Assembly (NCBI RefSeq): GCF_009914755.1
Contig: NC_060943.1
DNA from: the human T2T-CHM13v2.0 reference genome, Homo sapiens
Reading direction: 5' to 3' (one strand)
DNA length: 64,000 bases
The notes under the pieces were generated by a model. The model worked only from the letters and a program-made list of their open reading frames with translations, was not told the origin of the DNA and did no database searches. This document shows, piece after piece, positions 1 to 32,320 of the stretch (position 1 is its first letter; every line of letters starts with the position of its first letter). The position numbers were made by a program, and so were the translations under genes.

Positions 1-540
<540 letters not shown>

Positions 541-2194
541 AGGAAAAGACGGGCCTCTCTGTAGATGCCACGCACTGCTCAGGAGATTGTGAACTGGGAA
601 TTCCTCAACACCTAGGGCGGGCACTGTGTACCATTTTCTTTTTTTAATGTTTTAATTTGAGGTGAAATTCACATCCTGTACATTTCAACATCTTAAAGTG
701 AACAGTTGAGAGGCGCCTGGTGCGGGGCCAGCAGCAGCTCTGTCCCATCTGCACGGTGTAGTTCTGACATTTCAGAGCTCCGTGCACCCCTGACCAAGCT
801 CTAGTCATCCCACAGCCTGCATGGCTCCACTGATGAACCTGCTTATTAAACACGGTGGGTGCTGGAGGTAGACAGCACAGAGCTGCTGCCTGAGCAGGTC
901 CCGGGGTGCACCTGTGCTGTGTGGGATGTGCTGAGAGTGGGCAGCCTGTCCTGGCTGGTGCCTGGCCCCAGGGTCCCCGGCTCATGGCCACCATCAGGGC
1001 ACAAATGGTCCCTCCTGGAGCCCCAGGCCCCGGGCAGGCGGGCGGTGGTCCCTGGGCTGACCTGGAGGGTCTCCTGTTGGGGAAGGGAAGTCAGCTCTCC
1101 ACGGGAGCAGCGCCAGCCCAGGAAGGAGGAGGGCGTCGGATGGAGAGGTCACCTGCAACCACGCATGGGGGCCCCGGCACTGTTGGACACAGGGTCCCCG
1201 GTCATTCCTCTGGCCACACTCCAACTCAGGGACAACGTGGATTCTCAAGCCACTGGCTGCTGTCACCCCCGTACCAGGTGGCCGAGGTGCCACCCCTCCT
1301 GCCAGCAGATCCCTCCATGCTGAGCCAGGCCTGCGTGGCTCTGGGAGAATGAGCAGTGTGGGAAGACCCTGACCCACCCCAGCCTGAGGAAATCCGAGGC
1401 ACCTGCAGGTGCCTGAATGCCGGTGGCCGGAGACCACGGAAGACAGTGTCCACACGCAGGGCACCAGAGACCTCGCTCTAGCTGGAGCCTCACATCAAGA
1501 AAAGCCTTGAGCTCAGTGTTTCATTGGCCTCCTGGCTCCTCTGAATAAATATTCCTTTTGTCATCATCGTTCTGTTTAAATTGCCGCCCAACCACATCCC
1601 ACGCCCAGAATCAGGCAAGACTCACTGCCAGGCTGAGAGGGGAGATCGTTTCTGCCGATGGACACAGTTGTCACCCAGAAGGACTTTGCAGCCAACCCTG
1701 GGGCAGCCCAACAACCCATGAGCACCCTGGTCACACACCACACACCCGAGCGTCCCAACAGCTGGGACAAAACCCCGGCACCAAGAACATCCAACCACAG
1801 GGAAATGCCTACGATGGGGCCTGAGGTCAAACGCGTCTCACGGTGTCCACTGGGTGCCGCCCGGGGTCTAGGTAAGCATGTGCAAGCGCGTGTGCACACT
1901 AAGGAGACAGGCCAGGCTGACCAGGAAGCCCTCTCTGGGGAGGCTCGCGGGAGATTTTACTTGTGAGCTTAAGCTGCCCTGCGCTTCCTGCTGTCCGATG
2001 TGAGCATCTATCACTTTCCTCAGAACAGAAAAAGTGACGTGGCAGCCACTGGTGGGGGAGAGAGGATGGGAGCTGTGAGCTCCAGGCTGTGCCCGTATCA
2101 GAGCATGCCCCGCACGAGCCCAGCGCCCACCTGCCCCCGTCCACCCCGTGGTGCCAGGATCAGGGTGACGTCGTGCCCAGCCGTGACCACTCAC

Positions 2195-2331
2195 CTCTTG
2201 TTGACCTCGTCCAACTCTGCCCTCAGCTTCCCAATCTCTATCTGCAGCCGGGCACGCTCTCGAGCCGTCTCATCCAGGACTCTCCGGGCATCGGCCAGCT
2301 CCGACTCGTACAGCGCCTTGATGCCACTCAC
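2195..2331 (-). CDS. LMNB2: Lamin B2 coding exon 2 (137 nt, coil 1B); the gene continues beyond the window start
   Basis: [45 protein letters not shown], in frame with exon 1. Acceptor TCTCCCCAG ends at 2332; donor GTGAGT starts at 2194. Confidence 0.97.
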
Positions 2332-2919
2332 CTGGGGAGACCCAGGACAGGGTGAAGCGAGAGGGACCCTTCCCCTTGGACTACAGCAGTCAGGGGGCCC
2401 GGCCACTGGCCCTGCTCAGATTCCCAGGGACTGGCACGCAGAGAGAGAGGATGGCAGCCTGGGGACACTGGGACACCCTGTGTTGCCCATCTCACAGACA
2501 CAGCAAAGGGAGCCCCCTGTCGGGGAGGGTCCGGTAACCAGGAGGAAGCCAGGCGACCCTGGGTCCCAGCCATCCCAGGAGCCTCCTCCTCTGCTGCGGC
2601 CCCCTCTGGAATGATCGTCTCTCCACGAGCTCCAGCTCCCAGAACAGCGGCGCCCAGTGCTGGAGACCAAAGGCCCTGGGCCTGGACCAGCACAGCAGCT
2701 GGATGGAGCCTGTCCCCTTCCCCGGAGGACCAGCCACACCTGGACATGCAGCCCCTTGGCCGCTGTCATAGCGACACGATGCCTGGCCATTAGATGCATT
2801 TTTCACACTCTCGGTTTCAGAACCAGAAAACTGGTGGGATGTTTAATCAAGGATCTCTCCCGCTGGGCACCATGGACACTGGGCTGATCACTCTCGGACA
2901 ACTGGTGATGACAGCAACC

Positions 2920-3075
2920 CGGGGCCCTCCCAGACCCCACTGGGCCTGAGAGCCCCCTGCCCCCACCAGCCTTTGCAACCTGGAGTCCCCTCCCAGACCC
3001 CTCTGGGCCCCTGAGACTCCCCCCAGGCCTCTGCAACCTGGAGCCCCCGCTCCCCCAGACCCCGCTGAGCCCAAG
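2920..3075. repeat. Degenerate ~60-bp tandem repeat, about 2.5 copies
   Basis: Recurring CCCAGACCCC..TGGGCC..TGAGA..CCCCC...TGCAACCTGGAG. Confidence 0.6.
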
Positions 3076-3261
3076 ATCCCCCACTTCTGCCAACCGGGGG
3101 CCAGCCCGTGCCCCTCTGTGCCCCTACCTCACACGCAGGCACATGGCCCAGGCTCAGGCTGGGCTGTTCCCTGGGATGGAGGGAGGAGCATCTGGCCTTC
3201 CCATGCTGTGTCCCCCCGACAGGCCAGCTGCCAATGTGGTGGCTCGGAGGCTCCAGGACAG

Positions 3262-4025
3262 AAGCTCCCACCCCTCAATCACAGAGATCTGCAGTCAGAG
3301 TCCCCAGCTCCCCACCCCACCAGCGGCCCCCACCTTTCACCCCTCGATCACAGGGATCTGTAGTCAGAGTCCCCAACTCCCCACCCCACCAGCGGCCCCC
3401 ACCTTTCACCCCTCGATCACAGGGATCTGCAGTCAGAGTCCCCAGCTCCCTACCCCACCAGCGGCCCCCACCTTTCACCCCTCGATCACAGGGATCTGCA
3501 GTCAGAGTCCCCAGCTCCCCACCCCACCAGCGGCCCCCACGTTTCACCCCTCGATCACAGGGATCTGCAGTCAGAGTCCCCAGCTCCCCACCCCACCAGC
3601 GGCCCCCACCTTTCACCCCTCGATCACAGCGATCTGTAGTCAGAGTCCCCAACTCCCCACCCCACCAGCCGCCCCCACCTTTCACCCCTCGATCACAGGG
3701 ATCTGTAGTCAGTCCCCAGCTGCCCCCCCCAACCAGCCGCCCCCACCTTTCACCCGTCGATCACAGGGATCTGTAGTCAGAGTCCCCAACTCCCCACCCC
3801 ACCAGCTGCCCCCACCTTTCACCCCTCAATCACAGGGATCTGTAGTCAGAGTCCCCAACTCCCCACCCCACCAGCCGCCCCCACCTTTCACCCCTCGATC
3901 ACAGGGATCTGTAGTCAGTCCCCAGCTGCCCCCCCCACCAGTCACCCCCACCTTTCACCCCTCGATCACAGGGATCTGTAGTCAGAGTCTCCAGCTCCCC
4001 ACCCCACCAGCGGCCCCCACCTTTC
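3262..4025. repeat. 69-bp minisatellite, about 11 copies, LMNB2 intron 1
   Basis: Unit TCACAGGGATCTGCAGTCAGAGTCCCCAGCTCCCCACCCCACCAGCGGCCCCCACCTTTCACCCCTCGA starts at 3279, 3348, 3417, 3486, 3555, 3624, 3693, 3761, 3830, 3899 and 3966. Confidence 0.95.
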
Positions 4026-4384
4026 CCGACGGAGACCCAGCCCAGCCAGCAAGGACATGGGGAGGGGCTGGAGAGCCAGGGGTCACCAGGGCAGGCAGAA
4101 GCGACTGGAACACCCTCTGGGCCGCCCAGCTAAAGAAAGCCCCTCCCTAAGCCCCGCGCAAAGCCCCCAAACCCGCCCCTCTCGAGGGCCTCCAGGTGAA
4201 CTCGAGGCACATGCGGTGCCAGGGAAGGCGACCTCTTCACTTCCTACTAATCCTGCTGCAACCACAGCCGCCACCTGCCCGGCCTCTGCACGCGCCAGCT
4301 GGGGGCACAGCTCAGGCTTCTAGTGGCCTTCCTGCCTCCCCTCCTCCCACAGGGCCATGCACTCAGTGAGTTTAAAAATATGTG

Positions 4385-5342
<958 letters not shown>

Positions 5343-6356
5343 TTATGAGGCGGGAATTAACTGCTCCGGCTCTGGCGCTGAGGAAAAGGAGGACCGGAGG
5401 ATGGTAGGCGGAACCAGGCCCAGCACCACCCGCTAGAACGCCGTGATGTTCCCACAGCCCTACAGGGCCAAGGGTGTCTATGCAAGGTGGGTACAGGGTC
5501 GGCCTGCATCTGGAGGGCCACACCCCCATGTTACAGGCGAGGCTCCTGTGCAGAGGGCTGGGGGCCTGCCAGGACGCACCCCTTGGCAGTGACCGGGCCT
5601 CTTCTGAGGTGGGACCCTCAGCCTCAAACCAACGCATGCTGGGCCATCTGGACAAGTCAGAGTCTCAGGCTGCCCCAGCACCGCAGCTCCAAGTCCCGTC
5701 AGCCTACAGTGGGGCGGGATAAGGGTTCCCAACCTGATTTTATGTATGGGAAAACTGAGGCACGGGTCAGTAAAAAGCCGCCTCCTGACCACCGCTGGGT
5801 CCTAGACATATCAGGTCTGCGGGGACCAATTGTAGGACGGGGACCCACAGAGGCAGCAGTGCAAAGCGAGCTCCTCCCGCGGCACCCCGGCCACCCCCAA
5901 GCCCTCCCTCCCATGCAGGCGATCATCTGGGCCGTGCCCTCCACATCTGTGTCCTGGGAACAGACTTCTAGAAAAACCCAAATCAGGAAAAAGCGGCCAG
6001 CTCCACGCTGCAAACAGCTGGGCACCAGGTGCAGGCATGGTGGTGTCTGCCTCTCCCTCAAAGCTCCCAAATACCCCTAACCTCAAGGGAGGGGCTGACG
6101 GGACACCCTCAGGATGGGGGTCACACACGAGCTCTCCTGTCCCCACAGAGAGAGAGCTGACTGCGGCTCACGAGGCAGAGGGGCCAGGATGAACAAAACA
6201 GCAGAGTTTCCAACAAAGACAAGATCAGCGCCGGGACACACAGGAGCCCGTTCAAGGTGAGAAAAAACAGCAACTCTGCAATGGCAGCCACACGCACAGA
6301 GGCATGCTGAGCACCCCCAGACCATGTGCACGGCGGTCCTGTAAGACTCTAATGCA

Positions 6357-9045
<2,689 letters not shown>

Positions 9046-9079
9046 ATAAAGGCCAGGGGGGAAGATGAAGAGACTTTGT

Positions 9080-9255
9080 GACACAGGCAGATTCTATGCA
9101 CTTCACAGTTCCATGTGTATAAATAAAGTTTTATTGACACATAGCAGCACCCACTTATTCACCTATGGGCTAAGGCAGCTTTCATCCTATGGCAGAGCTG
9201 AGTGGTTCAGATGCAGACAGTCTGGCCTTTTTTAGAAAAAGTCTGCTGACCATGC
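9080..9255. mobile_element. MER58-like hAT DNA transposon remnant
   Basis: TAAATAAAGTTTTATTGACACATAGC...GGCAGAGCTGAGTGGTT...AGAAAAAGTCTGCTGACC. Confidence 0.65.
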
Positions 9256-9990
9256 CTGGTCTGCCGTGCTGTGATGATGAGGAAAGTTCTAGAGGCTGGG
9301 GCACCTCACAAAGACCCTTTGAGCCTGCGGAACGGGTGTGCCGGGGCAGGACGGCCTCCTTGTGCTTGTGAGGCGCTGCAAAGGGCTGGGGACAGGCTGG
9401 GCCTTTTCTTTCATCTTTCACGGCATCTAGCAAGTGCTAGGCTTGAGGGAAGTCAACAAGTGTGTCCACACATGTGGGCCTGGCAGGGCTCAGATAGCCT
9501 GAGATGGCCTTTGCCTGGGACCCCTCGGACACACAGAGCAGCATAACTCGGCTGGAGGAGGCCACGGTGGGACAAAATGGCCCGGCTAAGAACTACAGCC
9601 CTGTGCAGAAAATGCAAACACCGGCTTGGGGTCACTTCCAAAGTGGACTCCATCCTCCACGCTCGCCTGGGCCGCCTCCGAGACCCCCTCCAGCAGCCCT
9701 GAGCAGCCAGGGGACACCGGGGCAGGGGAAGACAGAAGATGCCGAAGCCAGGTCTCCTCCCTCGGGAACGTAAGGCCTGGCAGGGAAGTACCTGGAGTAC
9801 CTGCCTCTCCCGCGCCTGGACACGGGCCACAGCGCGGCCTCCCTGCACCTGCCCCCGCCCCCAGCACTCAGTGATCCTCCTTCAACAAATACCCATCTGG
9901 CCAGCCCCCACCCCACCCTTTCCCAAGCCCTCCAACGATGCTTGTATATGGCGATTCATCCACACCGCCAAAAGACACCCCCTAGTGTCA

Positions 9991-10221
<231 letters not shown>

Positions 10222-10654
10222 CTAGAAAAAAAAAAAGGCCAGGCATACTGGCTCACACCTGCAATCCCAGCATTTTGGAAAGCTGAGGCGGGCAGATCAC
10301 AAGGTCAAGAGATAGAGACCATCCTGGCCAACATGGTGAAATCCCATCTCTACTAAAAATACAAAAATTAGCCGGGTGTGGTGGTACACGCCTGTAATCC
10401 CAGCTACTTAGGAGGGTGAGGCAGGAGAATTGCTTGAACCTGGGAGGCAGAGGTTGCAGTCAGCCGAGATCACACCACTGCACTCCAGCCTGGGCGACAG
10501 AGTGAGACTCTATCTCAAAAAAGAAGTGAGAAAGGCGTGTGTGAGGACCTCGGGGGCCGCCACACACCAGGATGCTGTGAGTCGTGTTATGAGCCTGAAA
10601 AAATCTGAACTGAGTCCCTCACGCCTCCCAGCAGGCTCCTCGGCCTGGCCATTC

Positions 10655-10903
10655 TCATGGGGGCCGTGTTACCCTCATGGAGGCTGCGTCATCCTCGTGG
10701 GGGATGGGTCATCCTCATGGGGGCTGCGTCATCCTCATGGGGGCTGGGTCATCCTAATGGGGGATGGGTCATCCTAATGGGGGCTGGGTCATCCTAATGG
10801 GGGCTGGGTCATCCTCGTGGGGGCTGGGTCATCCTCGTGGGGGCTGGGTCATCCTCATGGGGCTGGGTCATCCTCGTGAGGGCTGCGTCATCCTCGTGGG
10901 GGC
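10655..10903. repeat. 20-bp minisatellite, about 12 copies
   Basis: Unit (C/A)(A/G)TGGGGGCTGGGTCATCCT. Confidence 0.93.
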
Positions 10904-11050
10904 CAGGTGATTCTCTTCTCGGGGCGCTGAGCAGTACCCAGCCTCCACCCACGCTGTGCCGATGCCGTCTCCCTCCCAATGTGACAACCAAGGGCATGCC
11001 CAGCCTTGGCCAAGAGTCCCCTGGGGGCAGAAGCTGGCCAGGTGAGAGAG
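10895..11050 (+). mobile_element. MER20 remnant
   Basis: CCTCCACCCAC...CCCAATGTGACAACCAA...GCCAAGAGTCCCCTGGGGGCAGAA. Confidence 0.65.
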
Positions 11051-13389
11051 GCCCTGCTGTCCAGGTGACCTGCATGCTCTTAGGCCTGACACCCCAGGTC
11101 CCTCCTCGTTCAGAGCTCCCTCCCCTGCCCCCATCCTGCCAGCCTGAGCCTGAGGCTGCTCTCTGAACCCCACGTGGCCCACCTGTGTCTAGAAGGCCCC
11201 CAGCTATTCCAGGTCACTCCCTCCATGTGGGCCCACATGACGTCCCCCCACCAGCGGCCCCCACCCCAGCAGGCTTCCAACTCTGCTCCCCACTAGCCGG
11301 GTTCCTGGCCCACTAGTCGCAGGCGGAACTCCCAGCTGTCCCCTGCCACATGCCCTGCAGACACGGCTGGGTGACAGGGCTCACGGAGGGGCCAGTGTGT
11401 CACCTGCTAAATGGCTGCCTTCACTGGAGTCAGACCCGCATTTCACCCAGCCTGAGTGAACTGAGTTGTAAAGGATGCTGCTGCGGCCCCGAGAGGTGGC
11501 TGGGCCAGGCTCCCTCTAGGGCACAGGGCCGGTCCAATGGGGCGTCCAGTGGGGCTGGGGCTGGTACCTCCCCAGCACTCACCAGGCCCTGCACCCTCAA
11601 AGCTCCCTGCAGCTGTTCGTCCCATTGGCAGGTGGGATAACAGAGGCCCAAAGACAAGAAACCAGCTCTAACCCTGCACGCCACGGGTCCAGCAGGCGGC
11701 CTCTAAGTTGGGACAACTCCGCACTGGACAGATGGCAAGATGGAGGCTCCAAGAGACACAGGGGCCTGCCCAAAGCCACACTAATTGAAAAGCAGGGGAC
11801 TGGCCAGGCACGGCGGCTCACACCTGTAATCCCAGTACTTTGGGAGGCCGAGGCAGGCAGATCACCTGAGGCCAGGAGTTTGAGACCAGCCTGACCAACA
11901 AGGCCAAACTCTGTCTCTACTAAAAATACAAAAATGAGCCGGGCATGGTGGTGAACACCTGTAATCCCAGCTACTCGGGAGACGGGGGCAGGAGAATCAC
12001 TTGAACCCGGGAGGCAGAGGGTGCGGGGAGCTAAGATCGCGCCACTGCACTCCAGCCTGGACGACGGAGCGAGACTCTATCTCAAAAAAAAAAAAAAAAA
12101 AAAAGAAAGAAAAGCAGGGGATCCCACCAAGCACTGATCTTCCTTCTACCTCCCTGAAGGCACCAGCTACATTCTTTCAGGTTCCCTGTCCCCAGGGCAC
12201 TGTGAAAACAACCCACAGGGAGCTACTGAACAAAAGTTAACCTGCTGTGGCCCCACACACAAGTAAGAGGTGGGTATTATAATTACACCCATTCCAAAGG
12301 CGAGGGCACTGAGACCCAGAGAGGGTAAGCGACTAGCCCAAGGTCACACAGAGGGTAAGTGGCTCCCAGAAATGACCCGACCCCCTCAACAAGCAGCTCT
12401 TCTCCCAGAAGCCCACCACGTCCTCTGATCTCCAGATGGGCGAGTGGGGACTGGGCGCTGCAAATCCCGACTTCGGCACCCAGCTCTCCCAACAGGACAC
12501 TGGGGCCTAGGGACCCCAGGACCCCAACCCATGGCAGGAATCAAGTGGGTGCTCCTGCCTGCCCCCCGTTCTGGAGTCCTGTCCTTGGATTGGGCATGGC
12601 CAGTGGGAGGGACAAAGAGCCTCCCCAGGGTTAGGTTGGGGGGCAGGACAGATTGCACCCAGACCCCAAGACACCCCGACCTCATGTCCCCTTGGTGGGC
12701 AGACTTTCCCGCCTCTTCTCCTTCAGTCTGCACTGAAGCCTCGGGGCCCATTCAGAACCTCAACACTTTCCACCGGACCCAAGATCCCAACTCTCACCCT
12801 TCCTTCATATTCTCTTGGGGGCAGAACCTGCCAGACCACCGCTGACACCAGGGCACAAATAAGGGACTCCCAAATTTCCCGTGGGACCCCAAGGTATCAG
12901 AACCTCTCCCTCGGCCCCCTACCCACCCTGGGCCTGGTGAGAGATGAGGGGCCTAATTCCCACCCCAGTCACCAATCTCTTCTGGATTCATCAGGGAACT
13001 CGCTAAAGCTCCAGGGAGAACTGAGACCACGTGACTCACCCCAGAGACTCCAGGGAGACCCCCCACACACCCCATCTTGGGCCTCCTCAGAGGGCCTGGG
13101 CCCCCCAGTCTCCTTGGAGCCCAGAGACCACCCCCATTCCACCCCAGATACCCCAATACCCAGCTTCATCCCCAGAGACTCCCACTCACACCCCCTCAGT
13201 TGGGGGGGGTCCGCCAAGTCTCCTTGGAATCCTCTGAGGGACGAGGCATATGGGGGGCTGCAGCCCAATACTCAGGGAGCCCCCAAATCCCCAGGACCTC
13301 TCTTTGGTGGGGAGCCCTAGTCTGTAACCCCCATGGCCCCAAAATGCACCTCTCACGGAAGGGTCCCCAGAGCTAGCTGGAGGCCCCTC

Positions 13390-14435
13390 TGCAGCCCTCA
13401 CTCAGGACACGGAAGATCTCCTGGGACCCCCTCCATAGGTGGGGCATTCCTGGTCTGCACTTTTCACTCAGTGCCCTAGAAACCCCCTGGAGGTCCCCAA
13501 GAGAATGGGCCACTCCGGTCTGCACCCCTCCCAAGGGGTCCCCCAAGATCTCGGAAACTGCGGTGGGCAGGGCCTGCCCAGGTGGCACCCCTCACTCAGG
13601 GTCTCCCCCTGGAGATCCCCGAGGCCAGGCTGACCCCACCCCTGCTCAGGGTCCCCCGTGATCGCGTACTCCGCGGTGGGCTGGGCCTGGCCGAGCTGCA
13701 CCCCTCACTCAGGGACCCCTTGAAACCCCCTGGAGACCCCCAAGCCGGGACCCTTCCCGGTCTGCACCCCTGCCCAGGGTCCCCGCGATCGCGCACCCCG
13801 CGGTGGCCAGGACCTGCACCCTTCATCCAGGAGCCCCCCGCAAACCCCCTGGAGACCCCAAGCCGGGAGTCGTTCAGAGTCCCCCGCGATCGCGCGCCCC
13901 GTGGTGGGCGGGGCCTGGCCGAGTAGCACCTTTCACTCAGGGACTCTCCGAAACGCGGCGGAGATCCCCGAGGCCGGACTGTCCCCGTCTGCATCCCAGC
14001 TCAGGGTTCCCCGCGACTGGGAGCCCCGCAGTGGGCTGGGCCTAGCCGAGCAGCACCCCTCACTCAGAAGCCCCCAAACCTCCTGGAGACCCCCGAGCCG
14101 GAGCCTGTCCCCGTCTGCACCCCCGCCCAGGGTCCCCGCGATCACGCACCCCGCGGTGGGCGGGGCCTGGCCGAACTGCACCGCTCACTCAGGGGCCCCT
14201 CGAAACCCCCTGGAGACCCTCGAGACCCGGGCCCGTCCCTGTCTGCACCCAGGGTCCCAGCGATTGCCCACCCCGCGGTGGGAGGGACCTGGCCGAGCTG
14301 CACCCCTCACTCAGGGGCCCCCCGAAACCCCGCGGAAACCCCCGAAGCCGGGGCCCGTCCCCGTCTGCACCCCCGCCCAGGGTCCCCGCGATCGCGCGCC
14401 CCGCGGTGGGCGGGGCCTGCCGGCTGCACCCCCGC
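13390..14435. repeat. Degenerate ~120-bp GC-rich tandem repeat, about 9 units, abutting the LMNB2 exon 1 donor
   Basis: TCACTCAGG-like anchor near 13464, 13591, 13704, 13822, 13932, 14059, 14184 and 14306, with recurring AAACCCCCTGGAGACCCC, GTCTGCACCC, CGCGATCGCG and GTGGGCGGGGCCTGG. Confidence 0.85.
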
Positions 14436-14460
14436 CCGGCCCCTAAGCCCCGGCGCCCAC

Positions 14461-14724
14461 CTCGCGCGTGGTCACCTCCTCCTTCTCTGAGATCTTGAGC
14501 AGGAGCCGGTCGTTCTCCAGCTCCAGCGCGCGGACGCGGTCGATGTAGTGCGCCAGGCGGTCGTTGAGCTCGCGCAGCTCCTCCTTCTCCTGCAGCCGCG
14601 ACAGGCGCGTGGGCGACAGCGGCGTGGCGGGCCCGCCCGCGCGGCCGGGCAGCGGCGTGGCCATGGTGGCGGCGGCTCGCGGCCTGCGCTGCTCCCGACG
14701 GCGGCCCGGGCTCGGCGGGCTCAT
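14461..14724 (-). CDS. LMNB2: Lamin B2 coding exon 1 (88 codons: head domain and start of the coiled-coil rod)
   Basis: Translates [88 protein letters not shown]. It has the lamin SPTR CDK1 site and the intermediate-filament LNDRLA.YI..VR.LE motif. GT donor at 14460-14459, phase 0. Confidence 0.98.
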
Positions 14725-14930
14725 TCAATCCGCGCCGCCGGCTGCAAGATGGCGCCGCGCCGCGCCGCGCCCGCCGCCCGCCGCGGCGGGGCAGCCTGGG
14801 ACTGGTAGTCCGACCGCCGGGCGCGCGCGGGGCACGCCGGAAGTTGAAGTCTCCGTCCAGCTCTCGCTTCGCAGAGGCGCTGACTCCAGAGACAGACTTC
14901 CTGGCTGCAAACTCCCAGCTCCGCCACGAG
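14725..14930 (-). promoter_or_regulatory. LMNB2: LMNB2 TATA-less CpG-island promoter and 5'UTR
   Basis: CpG-dense. YY1-type CAAGATGGCG at 14745-14754, ZNF143/THAP11-type ACTACCAGTCCCA (minus) at 14797-14809, ETS CCGGAAGT at 14837-14844. Confidence 0.85.
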
Positions 14931-14954
14931 GAAACAGCGTTGGGTTGCTTTCTA

Positions 14955-20360
<5,406 letters not shown>

Positions 20361-20373
20361 TTAGTGACCAATT

Positions 20374-21380
<1,007 letters not shown>

Positions 21381-21934
21381 TCAACACATATTTGCGTGGC
21401 TTCTACTTTGTGGCAGGCACTGGGGGGACAGAGGGGAAGCGAGTACACATTATAAATAAGTGAATTAGGTAGGGCGCAGTGGTTCACACCTGCTATCCCA
21501 GCATTTAGAGAGGCCGAGGCAGAAGGATTGCTTGAGGCCAGGAGTTCGAGACCAGCCTGGACAACATAGTGAAAGCCCATCTCTACAAAATATACAAAAA
21601 TTAGCTAGGCGTGGTGACTCATGCCTGCAGTCCCAGCTACTTGGGAGGCTCAGGTGGGAGGATCACTTGAGCCCAGAAGGTAGAGGCTGCAGTGAGCAGA
21701 GATTGAGTCACTGCCCTCCAGCCTGGGTGACAAGAGTAAGACCCTGTCTCAAAAATAAATAAATAGGGCTGGGCTTGGTGGCTCACACCTGTAATCCCAA
21801 CACTTTGGGAGGCCGAGGCGGGCAGATCACCTGAAGCCAAGAGTTTGAGACCAGCCCAGCCAACACAGTGAAACCCTATCTCTATTAAAAATACAAAAAT
21901 TAGCCGGGCATGAGGGAGCACGCTTGTAATTTCA

Positions 21935-22093
<159 letters not shown>

Positions 22094-22314
22094 CTAGAGG
22101 ATGGTGAGCATGAGGAAGAAAGAAAGTGGGGTAAATGCTGGGGCATGTCTGGAGTAGGGGTAGAGGTGGGCCTCTTAGAAAAGGGCAAGACAGGGTCTCG
22201 CTATGTTGCCCAGGCTGGTCTCAAACTCCTTGGCTCAAGTCATCTGCCTGCCTTGGCCTCCCAGAGTGCTGGAATTACCGGCATGAGCCACCGTGCCCAG
22301 CTTATATTCACTTT

Positions 22315-23610
<1,296 letters not shown>

Positions 23611-23690
23611 GCGGGGCGCGGTGGCTCACGCCTGTAATCCCAGCACTTTGGGAGGCTGAGGCTGGTGGATCACTTGAGGTCAGGAGTTCA

Positions 23691-23894
<204 letters not shown>

Positions 23895-24038
23895 TCACCA
23901 AAAAAAAAAAAAAAAAAAAAAAAAAATTAAGCATCATACAGCCGGGTGCAGTAGCTGCTCATCCTGTGATCCCAGCCCTTTGGGAGGCCAAGGAGGAAGG
24001 ATCGCTTGAGGCCAGGAGTTCAAGACCAGCCTGGGTAA

Positions 24039-26205
<2,167 letters not shown>

Positions 26206-26644
26206 TAGCGGGGTGTGGTGGCCCATGCCTGCAATCCCAGCTATTTGGGAGGCTGAGATGGGAAGATTCCTTAAGTCAGGAGTTCAAGGCTGCAGTGAGC
26301 TGCGATGTCACTGCATTCAAGCCTGGGCAATAGAGCGAAGCCCATCTCTAAGAAAAAAAAAAAAAAAAAAATTAACCACCCTGGGGGATCACTGGAGCCA
26401 GGCCCGAAGCTGCCCACCATGCTAGCATTGTCTGCAATGCCTGCTGCCGGGGGTTCCAGCTGTTCCGATGTCTGTGAGCAAGTGTGTAAGTTGTAAAATA
26501 CTCAGTGCAAGGCGAATGATTCCTGTCCATTGTGTAGCAAGAAATTTTGCCTCGACCAGAGAGAGATCTGGCTTTTGTTTCAGCCACTGGGAGGTGACTC
26601 TTAGGCCCCAGGAATGTCCTGCCTGATGGATATACCGTTCTGTT

Positions 26645-32320
<5,676 letters not shown>

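Noticed and set aside
3108-4150. 222-aa and 335-aa Pro/Ser-rich ORFs
   Set aside because: Products of the stop-free 69-bp (23-codon) VNTR, antisense within an intron.
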